DNA of 64,000 nt from Psilocybe cubensis (lineage: Eukaryota), in the NCBI GenBank assembly GCA_017499595.2, contig CM039005.1, positions 310,001 through 374,000 of the forward strand, written 5' to 3'. Made by a program: the position numbers and the translations under genes. Below the pieces are notes generated by a model that saw nothing but the letters and a program-made list of their open reading frames with translations, was not told the DNA's origin and did no database searches. Below, piece after piece: positions 25,718-39,315 of the stretch. How positions within the stretch are numbered: the stretch's first letter is position 1; each line of letters opens with the position of its first letter.

Positions 25718-28119
25718 ATGGCGTCGCTGCTAGAACTTGCGAGCAACAATATTGGCCTTTCTTCTCTGATTCTTTCCTGTTTCGGCTTAACGTGGCTGTA
25801 CTACAGGCGCTCATCTACACTTGTCAACGTTCCTGGACCCCGACCTTCATCGTTGCTAACAGGTGTACCTCAGACCTATATTAATGCTGGTATAAAGCTT
25901 ACGGTTATTAGGGAATCTTTTGGATGTTGTTGCACCCGCTACTGGACGCGACTGGCTGCTGAATGTGAGCAACTTGTATGGAGGAGTAGCGAAGCTGGGA
26001 ACGTTGTTTGGGGTGAGCGTCAATCTTGTCATATAGAGAATCTGCTAAATTTAACACGTAGGGACATTCCCTTCTTGTGCACGATCCCAGGGCTCTACAT
26101 CAGGTTTTGGTGAAAGATCAGGATATTTTTGAAGAATGGAGCGCATGGACGACGTTGGTCTTTCTCTTGCTAAACAAATTGGGATAAATCTGACTTGTAG
26201 AAATTGATTAGGACCAACTCACTACTCTTCGGTCCAGGGCTGCTGGCTACAGTGGGGAGCCAGCACAAGAAGCAGAGGAAAATGCTAGGCCCTGCTTTTT
26301 CAGTCAAGCATCTTCGTGTCATGACCCCCATGTTCGTCTCCATTGCTCGCGAAGTGCGTATCCAATTATCATTATCCCGTGTCAAGTACTGAAATCATGA
26401 ACAACATTAAGCTCGAGTCTCATCTTTCGTCAATCGCGCAAAGCACTCCTCAGGAAGTCGATGTCATAGGATGGTTGACCAGATTTGCGCTCGAGGCGAT
26501 CGGTCGAGGCGGTATGGGCCGCTCTTTTGGAAACATGTCCCAGTCCACAATCTTCTCAGAAGCCGCAAAACAATTGACGTGAGTGATCAATCGTCTGCCT
26601 TGTTATGCACTGCGATTCGACTCACCCATTTTCAAATTTTCTCTACCAGAGCAACATTGTCGGTGATGAGCCCAGGCGCCACACTTACCCCCTACTTCAA
26701 GTATCTAGGCCCAGCACAGTTCCGCAGGTTCCTCCTCAAGTCGATTCCCTGGTCCCTACTGCAGCGGCTAGTGGAGATCGTTGATATAATGGACGACGAG
26801 GCGAAGAAGATTCTGGCGGAGCAGCAGAAGGATCTGGGTAGGCATGAGAAGGACAACGACACCAAAGACATCATCCGAATTCTTCGTAAGCTTGTCGACA
26901 GTTTGTTGCACGTAAAATGTTTGATCATATCTTGTTTATAGTGAGGGCGAACCAGGCGTCTTCTGAGGAAGAGCGCATGACGGAGGATGAGCTCGTCGCT
27001 CAGATATCGTAAACACCCATTCCATCCCGGCGTTGTCTTCTCTACACAACTCTAACGTCTTTCCTAGCATTCTCGTTTTCACGGCAATGGATACAACATC
27101 CACAGCAATTGCGCGTGTCTTGCACCTCCTAGCCTTGAACCCCGATGTGCAAGAAAGACTCCGAGCCGAGGTCGTCGAGGCGTACCACCACAACGACGAC
27201 GCAATTGACTTCAATAACCTTTCTGCACTGCCATATTTGGATGCTATCATTAAAGAGACGCTGCGAGTGTGAGTTACGCCTCACGCTTATTGTGCTCTGA
27301 TACCTCCCCTCGCGTGTCATTGACTCCGCTTCTCCAGATACCCACCGATTCCAATGATGTTCCGACAGTGAGTTGTCAGGTTCTTACCATCCGACGTTGA
27401 AACAAACATCTCAATCCATCTATCCACCTCCATCAACAGAACACTCAAAGACGCTGTACTCCCGCTGTTACACCCCATCACCGGCGAAAATGGGCAAATC
27501 CTAAACGAAGTCCACGTCGAAAAGGGGACAGATATCGTGGTGAACATCATTGGTGCCAACCACAACCCCAAGACGTGGGGCCCAGATGCGAGCGAGTGGA
27601 AGCCTGACCGATGGCTGGCGGAGCTGCCCGAGAGCGTGACGAAGATCCATGACCTGTCCGGAGTGTTTGCACACCAGTGCGTATGGCCCATGCCCCTAGT
27701 TGGGTATTTGGCGTTTTCAAGATGCTAATGGGATTTATGCATATAGGATGACGTTTATCGCTGGAAACCGGTCATGCATGTGAGTACAAACAACAGTGCT
27801 TCGATGGTTCCACCAGGTCTGATCCAACTTTTACTCGTGCAAAAAGTGGATTCAACTTCGCACAACTAGAAATGCGTAAGTACCCAAGTTGTTGAATCCG
27901 AATTTCACACCTTTACTGCCTAATCCCCCACTGACTATATATTATTCTGCTTTTCGAATAGGCGTGGTCCTCGCCATCCTCATTCAAACCCTTGAATTCA
28001 GCGTGCCTAAAGACAAATCGATCGCATGGAACTCGGGACTTTTGATGACACCAGTTATCGAAGGAGATTCGTCCATTCATACCCAGATGCCTTTGATTGT
28101 GAAGAGGAGGAATCTGTAA
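25718..28119 (+). CDS. Cytochrome P450 (CYP5150-like by motif), multi-exon
   Basis: N-terminal TM followed by VPGP; HKKQRKML; I-helix FTAMDTTS; ExxR (KETLR); PDRW; heme motif FIAGNRSC/GFNFA split by an intron at ~27780-27847. Confidence 0.93.
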
Positions 28120-29508
28120 TTCTTATTTGTACTCCTTTGAATAGTGTTGGGTTATCAGTACTACAGGCGTTAATGAGGCGAATGGAAGAATATAGACCAT
28201 AAAATGTTCCCCGTTGAGAAGAGACAACTGCGTTCCCAGAGGTTCAACCCAACGGTTTCAAAATAGCATACAGAGTCGTGGCTGCCGTCAGTGACATTTT
28301 TGAGTCTGTTTGATTTATGCAAGAGAAGAGTGAAAACGAAAAACAAAAACTAAAACAAAAGCTAAAAAAACAAACAGATGGTGCAATTATGGGTCATGTG
28401 ATCTCCATGAGCGATGCGTGATCGCGACGCGTCAAGGGCGACAGTAATAGGGGGTGAACAAGGGAAATGGCATAATCGTTGCTGGATCGCACATTTGTTC
28501 TGGACATCCCATATACCTATGAACCGAGAGTCCTATGTCTCAGATATAGATGAAATTTTGTGGATAGTCCCAGAAAGTCATTATAAAATTTATACATATA
28601 TTTTTTGACGATCCCATTTGCTCCATGTCAAGCCTTGGACATTGACTCACTCAAAACTCACGTTTATAACCCCATTATTTCAATCCAGCGCCACCCATGT
28701 AGAATATGCGTGTAAAAGCGGGCTAGCTATTATGTTCATTGTCCATGATGGATAAATGAAGTATGATCTCTGAACCTTAGGTTTCAGTCCTCGACATCGT
28801 TTTATACGTCTGGAACCATTTGCACAAATTCCCAAAGTTCTCAAGGCAGTGATGGTAAGACAAATTAGTTTTGGAGTGAACCACGTACACCCGACCTTTT
28901 ATAAGTATACACAGAATAAATGTGCAATCCGGCAACCATATATCGCAAAGAGATTAAGAGATAAGATCGTTCGGAATACCCACGGGTGAACACACAACAA
29001 CGTAAGCATGCAGATTTGGATGTTGTTATCAGATTTTGAACTTATTCTCAGGCTTTACGACAGTGGGAGAAAACCGTTCTTTCTCCGATACAGATGATTT
29101 GAGTCAGCCCCCAATAGGCTGCGAATAGCCCTAGCCACCTTCGATGTAGCCTTGATCTCTGAAGGCTATACAAGGTGCTATAATTCATGGAAATTCAAAC
29201 ATCGTGGGCAAAATGAGGTTGTGTGAGTGAGTGCATAATATTAAAACGTGCTCTGCTTGGGGCAATAAAGGTAGAACGCAGTCTCGCCTAGAAACCTCGC
29301 GGCTCTTTGTATACCGGTAAAAGAAGGGACTGCCTGGGAAATAATCAGCAGCAACATATTTGCATCATTTACACGTTTGAAACGCGAGTCAGAGCCCGGA
29401 TCCACGGATTAATGTAAAAAGCCTGGGATTTGGAACACACATTCGAGTCCCATTGTTTTTACAGAACGTTATTCCCTCCCTCTACTCTCTCCACTTTACG
29501 ATACAATA

Positions 29509-31399
29509 ATGCCATCCAACCTCACTCCGTCGTCCCAACAACGTCACAGTGTACCCGACAACCAGTGGATTGATCCTCCCATACTCGCAAGCGGTGATTC
29601 ATACAGTAAAGAATCCATGAACCTCCCTGTTCTCGATACAAGTCTGGATCAGGTATCAGAAAATGATTACGACCAATTCAGTACTCCATTGGATCTAGAA
29701 GTAGTTGCGAGCATAACCCGCCTCATCGAAGAGATTCTTGACTCCCAGTATGCAGTTCAAAATCAGATGGGTGATGCAGCCGGTGATCCCACTCTGGATA
29801 TATTGCCAGTGGCGAGCGACCTGGATTATCAAGACAGTCGCTCATCGGTGTCTCTCCCTGCTGAACCATTACTGGCTTCAATGACCCCAGTCAATCAAGA
29901 CAGTTATCATACGGTTCATGGGGCGATCGAGGATTCATTCCATCCTCCAGGCATCAATCCATCACCTCATATCCCGATGGGCGCTTTCTCGGGCGCGTGG
30001 AGACGTGATGATGAAAGGTTAGTTCTCAAATCCCGCCCCCGCGATATATTCGAGTTAAATATACTGGACTTTTAGGGCGTTGATGGGACATGCTGGACCG
30101 TCTCGGAGCGACAAGCAATATTACGACCATACCCAGCCACTTAACGAGCAGGGTATGGCGCTGCAACAGATAACCGCCGGGTCTTTGAGCGGCGGACTGT
30201 TTCCATCAGAAAGCTATCCATCTACATATCGGCAGGCCACACAATTGCCACACACGATGGGCACAGCATACTCTGTCCCTCCTCAGCAAAGGTTGGACGT
30301 CACAGGGGATTCCTTTTATCCTCAGATTAGTGAACCCACATGTGAGTAATTTTGATGTTAGCTCAGAAAATGCTGTCATTGACAATAATACACGTTTACA
30401 GACCCAATTGACAAGTGGGATGCTATACCAGCGCATGGCAATAGAATGTCAGTCCTAACATCATATCCCGCCACACTAAGCTAAAGACAGTGTATTTTGT
30501 CAGGCCATCGCTTATTTCACAGTCCGAAATAGGATACGAACATCTTCAACAGGGCGTATCATATCACAGAACAAGGACAGCACAAGCTGTAACGGGCGGT
30601 TCAAACAACCACCATCCAACTGCATCCTTCACCTTGGAAAGAGAGGAGAAGAGATCCCAACTAATATCCATCAATGATGGTTATGACATCGGCTCCGGGC
30701 CCAGCAATGGGCACGTAGAGCAACCTATCAATGATCCCCAGACATATGATGGAAGGTACGAGGATTCTTTTTCCTCTCTTTGGAATAGGCAGTGACATTA
30801 TCTTTTTCACAATACCAGGGGAAGTGAGCAGCCAGCTTTCAAGCGCGGCGAAGACATTGGCAGGTACAAACCTCTTTAACAGCGACTGTTGAAACTGTGA
30901 ACTGACGAAAAAATGGTTTCTGCACAGGGCTGGGAGCATGTCTCGAAAGAGACAGTACGAAAACTCGGGCACAGAGAGCGAGTCCGCGGAGAGCTCCCGG
31001 AAGATCAAGAGAGCCAAGGGCACCAAATCTGAGTCCACAGATTTGGTGCCGAACTTCAGGGACATGGAAGAGGCGGCAGGGGCACCGGTACCCAGGCAAT
31101 TGAAGCCAAAGGTGCCAAAGATGATGAAGGCATACTCCCATGCCATTGTCAAATTGGAGACTCCTGACTCAAAGGGTAAAGGCCGAAAATGGCACTTTGT
31201 GCCAACCGGTTCAAGTGAGAGCGAGGAAGCTGCTAGTAAGGCTTTTGGCAGTGGCCAACAGTCCATTAGCATGGACAATGTAAGAGTAGAGTAAGCGTCA
31301 TTTCTCACCGTCGTGTCGATAAGATTGTGACTTACGTACCTTATCTTTTCAGGACCGGTCGCCCAGACCTATCTAAACCAAAGCGGACGCGGCGATGTG
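29509..31399 (+). CDS. Hypothetical low-complexity, probably nuclear protein; exon structure uncertain, possibly disrupted
   Basis: Series of coding-like ORFs (29509-30075, 30080-30349, 30490-30795, 30938-31294) separated by GT-AG intron-like gaps; basic clusters RKRQ and RKIKR. Confidence 0.4.
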
Positions 31400-33129
31400 A
31401 AAAGTGAGAGCGCCGTACTGGGCATATCTTGGGGTTCAGGATGCCGTTAGATAGCTTCAATGGTAGTGGAGGTAGTTGACACATTGACGACATAGAAATA
31501 CCATACAATTTTTTTTTATCTCATACCTTTTATCGGGCCCGCTGATCGATGGGTCGCCATGATTTCTCACGGCGAAATCTAGCCATTGCGTCTCTATAAA
31601 ATATAAAAGTGACAGTTAATAACGCTGGAAGGAGATTCTGAAAGAATAAAATGGTAAAGAAATTAGAGAAAATATCAGGTCTAAGCAGTAGATCGATCTT
31701 TCAAAATATACCGAAACTAAACATTTGTGGGTGCTGATCTGAAAGGAGAATGGAATGATTACCACGGCGCCCTGACGGGAGGTGGAAAAGACTAGCCGAG
31801 AATTTGGGATGGACGCAAATGTCAATGTCAGAACCAATGCGAGTCTTCAAAACCAACACCGGCGTCTAAGCCAATACCAGTGCATGTCAGTGCTAATGCT
31901 TGAGTGTCTATTAAAGTACACGTGCAATACATGCCAAAAGAAAATATTCAACAAAACGAGAACGAAGAATGTATGTGAAAAAAAAAAAATAAGGAAGACA
32001 GAATGTCCATGATATGTACAGAGCGAGTTCAATATAAATGTCTATATGAAAAGAGTTGAAAATAAATCTGAAAAGCTGATGAAAGAGAACAGGAAGAAGG
32101 AAGGTAGAGCGTCCATTCAAGTAGAAAAGAAGGAACAAAAATCCAGTGTACGGTATGAAAAGCTGAAAAGATCGTCATCGTCTGTCGTAAAAGCGAAAAG
32201 CGGGAACTGCATATGATGGAGATGGCAACTATTAAGTCGAATACATTACTCTATGATATCGTATCGCATAGTCTGTCTGTTCGTGCAAAGCTGTCATGAG
32301 AAGAAACATATCCAATCGTCATTATCGAACAAAAGGGAAAATGCAGATTCAAATACAGAGAGAAAAGACCAGTGTCTTCAACAGGCGTTTGTTGATTGCG
32401 ATGTTGAATACGATTTTTTCATTATGTGTTTGGTTTCGATTTGAATGCGATTGTGGATTTTCACAACACATACAGATATTGGGGAAAGAGGAGGTGAAAG
32501 TGCATCGATGACGATCAAATCAAATCGCGGATTGATCAGTGTATGCAAGTATGACCCGCATTAAAGAGTGAAAAGCAAGACACCAGCTGGAGAACAGTGA
32601 CTGGAGAAACCGCGACGACAGCCACCCGAAAATCGCGACTCCTGTCGCATCCAGGGGAAGAAAACACCTCCATGAAACGAAAACGCGGAGGAGAACCAGA
32701 ACAAGGAAGCGCCGACGAATGTGTGAATCAGGCCGCAAATACAAAGTTGGATGCGAATGAGAGAGTGGAAAAGATAAACCAGCAGGTATTTGTCCTATTG
32801 TCTCCTGTCGGTGTTGTCCCGCCCTGATTCTGATTTGAATTCCTGCTGGGATGTATACTGTTTTGCGTCCCTCGAGAGGTTACATACCAGTTGGTGGAGG
32901 GCAGGTACGATGCGATGTGATGCACCAGAGCAACGCGAGCACATCTTTTGCTGCCACGCTCTGCGCTTTGAATCCCTCCGCGTCGTTGTATCCTTCACTG
33001 CGACAGACACCCAGTCCTCCGTCTAGCTTGACCGTTTGACCGCTTCATCCTCACTTCCACACATGCGTGGACCTCCAACGCTCACCCCAATCCACACTTA
33101 GACCCACACCCACACTTACAACAAGGCCC

Positions 33130-35652
33130 TCAGATCCTCCCTCCTCCTCCCACCCTTGCTGCTCCCACTCCGCCATTACCACCTCCGCCTTGCCGCATAT
33201 TCACATTGGAACTGGGGTTGGCGACGGTACTGACATTGTTACCCGAGTCGACGTAGGGTACAGTCGGTATTGTGAGTCCCATTTGAAGGTTCAAATTCGA
33301 TTTGGAGCGCGCGAGAACGTCAGCTGCAACATCCTCTCCATACTGTTCCGCCAGTTGTCTGTAAAAAATCAAAATCAAGTTAAAAATCCAGAATGAAAAG
33401 AAGCAAAAATCAACTCACGCAACGTAATTATTCATAATCGCCACCATACTGCTCCTACTAAGCCTATACGCCTTAGGCATCATCCCCTTCCCAAACCGAT
33501 ACGTCACATGGTTTGCACACAGCAGACTGATGATCATGACCGCCAAATGCAGCGGCACAATCGCACCAAACGCAACCGTATACCACACCTTCAACACCCG
33601 CCTCTCAAAGTCCATATAATCCTTCTTACACCCGGGCAACAGCGAGCGCGCGTAGCACGTCTGCGATACCGTCGCCTCGACGAACGGGGAGAAGTAGCCG
33701 CAGCATCTGAGAGCGTTTTGGATGCGCACGCGCCCTTCGGCGCCGAGGTCTTGGCTCCATTGTTTGTTTACTTTGCCTTCGAGGTTGAATGTGCGGCGTT
33801 TGTATGTCATGTACCCTGGGACGAGGACTAAGATGAAGACGACCCATAAAAGCGCGGTGTATAGTGCGAGGAAAGAACGATTGTTTGTGAGTATACCTGC
33901 CCAGCCGATGAGCGAGACGAGAATGCCAGAGATAGAGAAGAGGGTGGATATGATGAGTTCCGTTCTGTTTCCAACTCGTATTATATCGGCTGAGGTGAAG
34001 ATGTTGAACCAGGTGAGGAGAATGAGGATGAGAGTTGTGAAAGAGTAGGTTGTGAGCTGGGTAAAATTATGTTAGATTAGATTAGATTAATTAGATGATC
34101 AATACAAATCGAGAACTTGACCCCGCGTCCCGCGTGCACAACGCGCCAAGCAGCGCCAATATTCATTTCAATTGAAAAAGAAAGACGAAACGGCAACCCA
34201 AGCCCACAACGAAATAACATCCCAAGATGGTAGAATATAAAGGAGACTCACGGCGAAATTGGCAACGAATAGCATCCATTTGAACCGGTTCCACCTGAGT
34301 TTTTTCTTCGGGGGACCTCTCGCTCGTGGTGTTATCTTGACTCCTTCTCCTCCCACTACTTTCCCAGTACTTGTACCCATACCAGGTCCAGATTTCCCAA
34401 ACCACCCTCTTCGACCGGTATCTTCTCTCAACATACCATCGTCCTCATTCACCCCCTCAGCACCTTCATCCTCATCGCCATATTCATCTCCATCCCCATC
34501 CCCGCGCCCTCCAATCCTCGCCTCCCCACTGCGAAACGCATCCACACCCCCACCCATCTTCGGCACGATCCCCGCACCAAACACCGGCTCCTGGTGCCTC
34601 TGACGAGGTTGATCGGCGGCTTTGGAAGGTGAAGAGGACTCGGCCATGCGCGAGGCTGAGGCGCGCGTGTAGTGATATGGCACACGCTTTCTCGGGCCAC
34701 CAGCTGGTGTTCCACTCCCTGCGCCTGCGCTATACACACCCGCCCCAGAGCCATACCAAGACCCAAGCCGAGACCCAGACCCAGAAGAAGGCGACGGCGG
34801 CGCCGAAAATTTCGTCGGCACGTAGTTGACAGTCAGAGACAGATTTGAGCCTGCTAAGGAGGAGGAGGACATGATGGGCGTTATTGGGCGCTCGCGGTCA
34901 AGTGCATGTGGGTGAGAGGAGGAAGCGGCTGGGTGGATATCATGCGTTGGGATCTGTCTCTGGGTAGAGATTTGTTGGATTTGCGGTTTGGGTTTCGGTT
35001 GCGCAAGGGCGTCGCGCGACCTATCGCGCTGTTGGCGTTCCCGTTCCCGTTCCCGTTCGGCTTCCCGCTCAAGCATCCGTTCCCTCTCCCGCTCCCGCTC
35101 ATAATTCATCTCGCGCTCGCGTTCACGGTCTCTCTTCTCCCGCCGCTTCGCCTTGTCTCGTTCATCGTTGTCGCGGTCGCGGTCGCGCTCGGGACTTCGA
35201 TATCTATCTCTCTCGCGGTCGCGCACACGCTCACGATCCCGAATCTGGTACCGCCCACCAGCACCTCCCGCCCTATCCCTCTCCCTCTCGTACTCCCTAT
35301 CACGACTGCGATATCGCTCCTCACGACCACGGTCTCTGTCTCTGCTCTCTCTTCTCTCCCTCCTCTCCCAGTCCCAGTCCCTGTCTCTACCACCGTCTCT
35401 GTCTTTGTCCCGACTCTCTCTTTTATCTATCACATACTCCCTTTCTCTTCTATCCCTGCTGTCTCTTCGATCACGCACATATTCCCTGTCCCGATACTCG
35501 TCTTTACTTTCCCGCCTCCTCTCATTTCTATCCCGCTCACCTCTAACAGGCGAAACCCCCCTTGTCGGTGTAGCAAACGGATCCCGCGCCATCGGCAGAG
35601 GAAGCGAGCTGCTCCCACCACGCTGCTCGGAGGCAATATTGGACGTGCGCAT
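33130..35652 (-). CDS. Basidiomycete tetraspanin Tsp2-family protein with a long RE/RD-repeat N-terminus (start codon uncertain)
   Basis: LRWNRFKWMLFVAN, LIGWAGILTNNRSFLALY, IQNALRCCGYFSPFVEATVSQTCYARSLLPGCK (CCG motif), NHVTYRFGKGMMPKAYRL, QLAEQYG; introns ~34059-34249 and ~33361-33418. Confidence 0.88.
34990..35545 (-). repeat. Coding low-complexity (GA-rich) tract encoding Arg-Glu/Arg-Asp dipeptide runs
   Basis: RERERERDR-type runs over ~185 codons within the Tsp2 ORF. Confidence 0.85.
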
Positions 35653-38600
35653 GTCAGGTACGTTCGTGGACAACCTGTTGGATGTTGATGTGATGATGGT
35701 GTTGGCGTTGGTGTTGGTGTTGGTGATGATGGCGTTATTAAAGTTCAACTTCGAGCTCGGGTCAGTGTACGTGCGTGTACCGGAAGCAACAGCTGTAGAA
35801 TCCGACGCAACAGAAGAGACAGCAGTCGGCGTACTATCACTCGTGAACGTACTTGGAAAACCTAGCAAAGCGGGGTCGTCCGGCGCGGTGAACGTGCTGA
35901 GTGTGATAGGAATCTGGATCGATTCTGCAGCCCGGCTTGTACGGCGTTGCGTGGTGTGTGGTGAGTCAGATGACAGTGACTCTGACGATGCGGCTGATGT
36001 GGTGGATGGTGAAAGGGACGAGGTGTCGCCTTCGGTGTCTGTGAATGTGTCTGCGTGGGCGGGGAGGTTGAGGAATCTGTGTTGTGATGTTGTAGTGGAG
36101 GGATGATGGGAGGGGAGGAAGAAAAGGTTGAAGGGGAGAAGAAAAAACGTCAGTTAACGGTACGTCCTCGGTTGTTTTCGACAAATTCACAAAGGCGGGA
36201 AAAGGAACGGCAAAGCAAAGTCGAAGCCAAAGAAAAAGGGCAAAAGAGAGAAACGATACACAACGTACAGCTACGGCGTTCAGCGTGCAACGAGCAACGA
36301 GCACCGTGCAACGTGGTCAAGTCTCAAAGGCCGCCTGCAACCGTAACCGAAAAGAAACGAAAAGCAATTATGACGAGACGTAACCCCGGAGAACGGTAAC
36401 AGCGAACGGCAAACGGCAAAACGGTAAGAATATGAAGTAAGAATGAGGTAAGAAGACGCAGTGTATGACACGGACACGGGAAACGCCGCGGAAACTCGAC
36501 ACTGGTGCAATTCTACCTAGCACGTAAAATTATAACCCTACTTGATAGGAAGAGAAAAAGAGAAGAAAGAAAGTGAAAGAAAGAAAAAACATCCGCGTTC
36601 ACAGCTCCAGATAAAAATCCACGGCACAGTACCAGAATCCACGATCCCAAAAATCCAGCGGTACACCCTCCCCTTCGTGTGTCCAAACCACGCGCAACAG
36701 AGTTAAATTAAGCCACGGGTGACAGGACGCGGCAGCTGGACGACGACAGCGCGGACGGATAACGTGCCGCGGGCAAAATGGAAAGTGGTATGCGGTCATG
36801 CATTGCGCAAATGTGATCCAGGGCACGCCAGCTGTAATATGTTTAGATGGCATATTAATGCCCTAGAGCCGCGAATGCAAATATAGGCAGGGAAAAGACG
36901 GGAATAAATAGATAGACGGAAGCAGAACTGCTTCAGAAGCCGCAGCGTCAATCATCTGACCGTTCGAACGCGAACTTCTGAACGAGCTGCGCCGGCGGGA
37001 TGGCAGATAGGCAGCCGTCGAGTAGATTTGCGTGAGCTGACTTGCACCCTGACAAGGGCAAATCCGCTAGTAAGCCGCAAATCCATTACAATAACCCACT
37101 AATCCGCGTGGGATGTCGTGCGTCAGCGTGACGACATGACTTCGGGTGTCGATATGTTCCTAGAGCAACGGCAACAAGCTACAGCTGAGCGGGCTAGTAG
37201 TAGTGTATCTCACGACATACTAGCGGTACTCACTAGTCGCTAGCCTGGATATGGGCAGGACACCGTTCACGGCATGGGTCCCGTACGTCCACGTTTACGT
37301 AGGCTGGCGCCTAATGTAAATCCACGTCTAGTTCAACCTAGCACAAGGCAAATCATACACGCAGCTAGACTCGAAGTCAAGGATCGATGGGCAGACGATG
37401 ACGATCCATGACGGGTACATGTGTGCATGCATGTTCGTTGGCGTTGGCGTTGGAATTGGAGTACACTCCTTTATTTTAGAAGACATAAACCAGATCCAGA
37501 ATCCCGAATCCCGAATCGACGAGAAGACGAAAAGAGATGTTCAGGTATCACAAAAAGCACAAAAGGTTCGACAAGAACCTTCGGAAGAAGAAATGTTCGA
37601 AAGTATAAAAGCAAGGAAAACAGAAAACAAAACACAAAACGAAACGAGGATGAACAGTAAATGGAGCACGAGAGAACACGAACACAAGAACGAAAACAAA
37701 TACGGGAAAAGAACAGAAAAAAAAGCAAAACAACTCACTCGTCGACATCCCTGCTCTCCCTCATTTCAGCTGTCCTTCCGCTCCCCCTATCTCGCTTCCT
37801 CCGTATGCTATTCGGCATGTATCAAATGGAAGGCTGGACGTCAGACGCGTCGTGCAATCGTATGCTCCCAATTTAGACCTCGTATCGATACCGAAATAGT
37901 TGAATAAAGCACTTCAAAGTCGCGTTCTCGTCGAAAAGTCAACAATCGGTGCCTACCCTGTACGCCGACGACAGTAGTGCGATAGAGTGTGAATGTGAAT
38001 GCGTATCGGTACCACTGACGTTACCCTTGACACTGGATACCGCTAGTCCGCTGTCAACACTGAACAAAGCGAAGCATGTAGTAGAGAACAAGCACGCATA
38101 CATGCACTCAGACACTCCAGGCAGGCACCAGAGCCCAATAAAAAATATATTCTCACGCATCCGCATAATTATTATTAATATCGTAAATTAACCCGAGCCG
38201 AAGTTAGCCGAGGCGGATATCATCGAGGATCGATCAAGGTTTTTAATTACCCGATCCTCGGCAGCGCTCGGCGCGTCGGGAACGGTGCTCTTGGCGGCTC
38301 TTGGCTGGCGCGCCCCTTTCAGGTACATGCGCTCGAGAGCTTCAGCGACACAGGTGGCCTTTGAAGGTCGACGCGCTGAGAAAGGGGAGACACAATTACA
38401 AGCGACCTACATATGACCTGTACGGCTCCTAGTGTGGGTGAGGAAACTCAGAATGGACTACGCAGATAGAAGCACGGAGGGCGCTTATGCAAAACATTGG
38501 GTATCAGCATGCATAAGGGCTCGAGAACTGTCAACTGTCATTTTTATGCATGTTGTGTTGACTCAGATTATTGCAGTATCTGTTATCTAGGTCTGCTATC

Positions 38601-39315
38601 TAACGACTTCAAGGCTACAAGTTTGATAGAGAATATCTCTTAATTTATATGAGGTTAACAGAACAAAACTGAGAGGTGAAGAGATAGCAATGAAGACATC
38701 TTCCTGATCCCCATGTCTGTGTTCTGGGTCTCCACTTCTCCTCTCCACACGAGGCTTTTATTCTGGATTAATAAGAGGTTTACATGTTTGAGAGTGTGTA
38801 GTCTGTGACAAAAAAATGTTGCACTTTGTGTCCAACCTTGCAGAATGAACCGGCGGAAAATAAGTGAGAAGTGGTCCTTGGAGGTTCCCTTCAGAGTCCT
38901 GTCTTGCAAATCTTTGACCTTTGTTGGGCTGCAAATTTTAAGGTGCTTGTTTGACTTTACGATATGCTTTATTTTACCCTTTCTCATCAGATTTGGTGAT
39001 GGCATGGTTGCGCCAATTCCTGTTACTATTTGACGTGTCTACTGCGGGTGCTATCTACTATATCTACTACAAATTGAGCAATATCCACCCATTCCATCCA
39101 TTTTTGGGTACTGCAATTCAATACTATAGTGCCCTCATTGACAATCAACAATAGGACAGCAAGGCACTTGCCAACAGTGCCAACGACTTGTATACAATTT
39201 TTGGGAATTAATCAGCCAATTTTGGGTAGGTTTTGAGTTTAGAATTGGGACCATGGCGACTTTGTATGCCTTTTTTTAGTCCCCACCATTGGCGCCGGGT
39301 ACCGAAAGCAACAAA

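Noticed and set aside
34906-36106. Long + strand ORFs (317-aa SR/SL-rich and 260 aa) resembling an SR protein
   Set aside because: They are antisense shadows of the RE/RD repeat in the Tsp2 coding strand, with no RRM or other domain.
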